The translations under genes were made by a program, and so were the position numbers. Shown piece after piece: positions 47,311 through 50,737 of a stretch of DNA of 50,737 bases (position 1 is the first letter of the stretch; each line of letters opens with the position of its first letter). Source of the DNA: Octopus bimaculoides (taxonomy: Eukaryota); assembly GCF_001194135.2 (NCBI RefSeq), contig NC_068988.1, positions 3,162,754 to 3,213,490 on the forward strand, written 5' to 3'. The notes below the pieces were generated by a model. It had not been told where the DNA came from and did no database searches. It saw only the letters and a list, made by a program, of their open reading frames with translations.

Positions 47311-48415
47311 ACACAACAACAACAGCATTAACAATACAGAGTGTTGAACAGATGACTCTAATATGTCCAATATTTAATGAATACCAGTAATATACTGTGA
47401 AAAATATGTTGACTGTATGTCCTTTTTTAAAACTAATGTCACTGTGCATTGTCAAAAAATAATTATTTTCCATTGCATGAAATATTTAATCAGCAAGAAT
47501 CCCATAAATGACTCATTTTATCCTCAGTGTTACAAAAATTAATAATAGAAAATAATAGGAAAAAAAATTAATCCAAAGGTAATGAAAATCATCATGATCA
47601 TCATCATCATCATCTTCATTATTATAATTATTATTATTATTATTATTTTTTAGCATCATACATGATTGGTCTGAATGTTTAATAACAAAAGCAGCTGTAA
47701 ACACTTTTGTAAAATATAATTGTCAGTTAAAATACTAGATGTTATTGCCTTGACAGTCATCTCCGATAATCAGAGCTATTGTGGCAGGGGAAATCAGAGA
47801 GATATTTCTGCATATGACTTTTTGCTATTACCCAATAATATTTTAGAATTAAACCATTCATTTTTAAATGATATTTTTATTCCTTTAAATGACTCAACAA
47901 TCTGCAGGATGTCAATGCCGTGGTGGTGCGTTGCTATGCAAACAAGGATGTCAGATGCGTACTGCTGCCATAAATATGGCGCTGTCAATTGCTACAAATT
48001 TATGATTCCTCAATGGGATACAATCTAATATCATCATAAAACTGTAGATGTCTCTTAAGTCCTAATGAGCTTTTAACAGCTAGTGTTTAGCACAAACCTC
48101 TTGACAAAAGGAGATGGAGAGGATTCAGCAGGATTCTAAATCATCTCATGTCACATTTCCAAATCAAATGGCACCTTTTCCTCACAGACAGGTAAACTCT
48201 TAAAATTAAAAACTAATTTTAGAAAAGAACTCCATGAATTAACTTGAAATTATCCTTTCTTTTTTTTCATGTTCATTACAAAATTTTGGATTCTTCAACC
48301 TTTTTCTAGTTTTCATTTATTAGTTACACAAATAGTAAATTCTTTTAAGACTTATGACCTCCCCTCTGTATTTTTATTGATAATGTAAAAATGTTGCAAG
48401 GTTAATTGTGGGGTT

Positions 48416-48490
48416 ATGTATGTATGTATGTATGTATGTATGCATGTATGTATGTATGTATGTATGTATGTATGTATGTATGTATGTATG
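48416..48490. repeat. (TATG)n microsatellite
   Basis: Direct tandem tetranucleotide. Confidence 0.95.
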
Positions 48491-48764
48491 TCTGATTATA
48501 TGTCTGTGCACACGTTTGAATGTGGTGTGTGCCAGAGGGTTTGCAAATCCAATGGGGGTCTTAAAAGACATGTTAGGATCCACAATGAGCAGAACTTACT
48601 TGCAGGTATTGGTAGTGCAAATCAGAGGTGCAATCTGTGTGGGTGTTTTTTCAAAACACTGTCTGGTTTAAAAAGCCACATCAGACGCCATGAAAGGGCT
48701 AAGGTGTAGGTGCAGGAGGTGGTCAAACTCTGTTTAAGGAGTAGACAACCACCATGTATGTATG

Positions 48765-48770
<6 letters not shown>
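48491..48770 (+). mobile_element. LINE 3' end encoding two C2H2 zinc fingers, with a stem-loop 3' UTR and (TATG)n tail
   Basis: FECGVCQRVCKSNGGLKRHVRIH and RCNLCGCFFKTLSGLKSHIRRH, stop at 48707-48709; no TGEKP linker; ggtggt(48718)/accacc(48753) stem just before TATG repeats. Confidence 0.65.
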
Positions 48771-48789
<19 letters not shown>

Positions 48790-48809
<20 letters not shown>

Positions 48810-49115
48810 TTTCTTTCCTCTAACTTGGGTTTCTTTCTTTCTCCTCTCCATTGTAGCTGGAACAAGGATGACGTGTTCTTGTCTGTCTCCTGTCCAAGCT
48901 TGATTTATGCATTCACCACCATAACCTCGTTTAGGCTTAACAACCCTCCCTGTTTGTTTTCACTGTCCTATTTGTGTTACCAATTTTCACCCTCCACAAA
49001 ATCCCAAATTGTATTTAATTTGCTTTGCGGGAGCAACTGTTTTATCGAAAGTGTATATTGTTGTTAAACGCTCGAAATGCAAAACTAGAAAAACAGCCAA
49101 CAACCGATGAAGGTT
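48790..49115 (+). mobile_element. Probable Penelope-like terminal repeat fragment
   Basis: Starts in (TA)n; ends aacagccaacaaccgatgaagg (CTGATGA-like, truncated); contains gctcgaaatg. Recognised from memory as a recurrent octopus repeat. Confidence 0.4.
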
Positions 49116-49782
49116 CATAGGATAAATTCAGATGGGTCTCTGCACAATGTGGTCTATAATGATTGAGCATGTGAGCATGTACATGTATGTGTGTATGTGT
49201 GTTTGTGTGTAATGGGAGCACTTCCCAGGAAAGAAAAGGAATTTTCCATTGTGTTTACTATATGAGCTTTGAAGAGAGTTAGCAGCTGAGAAGAGCTGAA
49301 GAATTTCTTGGTTTTGAACTGAAAATTTTGTTATTTTATTCTTGTGAGAATGCTGAGAAAGATTATCAGAGATGTAAATTCACACAAACACACACACACA
49401 TACACACACATTCATACCCACATATGTAGATGTATGTACCTACTTAAATCTATTGTAATGGAGATCAATGGTAGATTGTTTACTTAACGAAAGTTCCAAC
49501 CGATTCTTTAAAAAAACTTGTCAGCAACAAGTTTTTTCAAAAAGTTTTCATTTCAGTTTTCTTCTGCACTCTCTATCTATGCAGACACAAATTTTCACAA
49601 ACACATACGCACACAAACTAGCACACATATTTGTGTGCAGACATGAACACTGACACGTATGTTATTCAGATGTGTGCATACATCTATCCACACACATATA
49701 TGTACATGCATATATACATATATATATATATATATATGCAAACACTATATATATATACACACATACACATGAACTTACATAA

Positions 49783-49840
<58 letters not shown>

Positions 49841-50141
49841 GTATATATCAATGGATGTGTGTGTAGATGTGTGTCTCTGTCGTTTAGCATTTATAGACAA
49901 CACAAATCCTTTAAAAGAATTATCTTTGTTTTACATGTTATCACTTGTCAAGAGTTAAAGGGTTTCATTTTTGTTGCTTTTTTGTATTTTTTTTATGGTT
50001 ATTTTTATTGTTTCAGTAATTAAATCAACTGTCTGACATTTCATAACAGACATTTAAGAAGAGGTAGCAATTCTGTCTGAAATAAGATAAGGGAAGTAAC
50101 TCAAATGGGCCAATGTCATAAAATTTTGATAATTCAAATAA

Positions 50142-50362
50142 GTGGCGGAGATGGTGGTGGTGATGGTTAAAAAGTTTGCTTCACAATCACATGCTCTTGG
50201 GTTCAGTTCCACTACGTGGCAACCTGGGCAGGAATCTTCTGGTAAAGCCTTTGGCTGTATAGTGCCTTGTAAATGCATTTGGTAGATGTGTGGGGGGGGG
50301 GCATCTTTGTGCTAGTCCCCTCGTCACTTGATTGACAATTGGTGTTGGTTTGTTTATGTTCC
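50142..50362 (+). mobile_element. Degenerate tRNA/CORE-like SINE (head plus start of tail A)
   Basis: ttgggttcagttccactacgtggcaacctgggcagg..ttggtaga..gacaattggtgttggtttgtttatgttcc. Confidence 0.7.
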
Positions 50363-50410
50363 TCAACTTTGCCTGGTGTGCTAACAATTCTGCCAGCTCA
50401 TCACCTTTTC
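50363..50410 (-). mobile_element. SINE family E head fragment
   Basis: ttgcctggtgtgctaacaattctgccagctcatcacctt resembles 17005-17043. Confidence 0.6.
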
Positions 50411-50737
50411 CATATATTAACATCTATTTTTATTTTATGACAAAAACCATTAAATAAGTCTCTCATGCATCAGGTAGATTATACCACAAAAATGGTCTTT
50501 GGTCTGTTCCATTCTTAGTAGTTGGTGTATTCTCAATCCCAACCCCAGCTTTTCAAGCTATAGATACTTATATATATTTTTATAGATACATATGCAATAA
50601 TCATTTGAGACCTCAGATATTTTTTCTGGATCTCCCTGATTCATTTAATGTGCTTGTTCCCTGGTATTAAATTGATATTAATTAATATCCAATTTTTTAC
50701 CCTATTGTTTAATTTAATTATATATATATATATATAT

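Noticed and set aside
48515-48691. Host C2H2 zinc-finger gene exon
   Set aside because: No splice acceptor (preceded by TATG repeats), no TGEKP linker, and a retroelement-type 3' end; kept as a LINE fragment.

Overview
AT-rich, microsatellite-dense animal genomic DNA with five assembly gaps. From the repeat families and the (TA)n/(TATG)n/(CA)n density I infer a coleoid cephalopod, probably Octopus; this is recognition from memory, not a database hit. I cannot support any host protein-coding gene with confidence, and almost all ORFs in the track are microsatellite or N-gap artefacts. The window is a transposon graveyard. It holds RTE-clade LINE remnants (two with ORF2 protein, one of which carries a C4HC3 PHD finger just before the RT YLG motif) and about eight copies of their 3' tail. 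It also holds a second LINE 3' end with two C2H2 fingers, a DD37D-type (maT) and a DD34D-type mariner remnant, a hAT dimerisation-domain remnant, hAT and piggyBac-type MITEs, and several tRNA-derived SINE families. The most unusual locus is 31.08-31.76 kb: two different Penelope-like termini, each with a minimal hammerhead-ribozyme fold, point towards each other around a 97-bp inverted repeat (92/97 identical). A few + strand segments with good splice signals (18892, 20528, 38810, 39979, 47908) may be exons of an unrecognised gene or lncRNA, but they are unverified. I see no evidence of a prokaryote-type system, CRISPR array, rRNA or true tRNA. Most repeat boundaries are approximate, read by eye.
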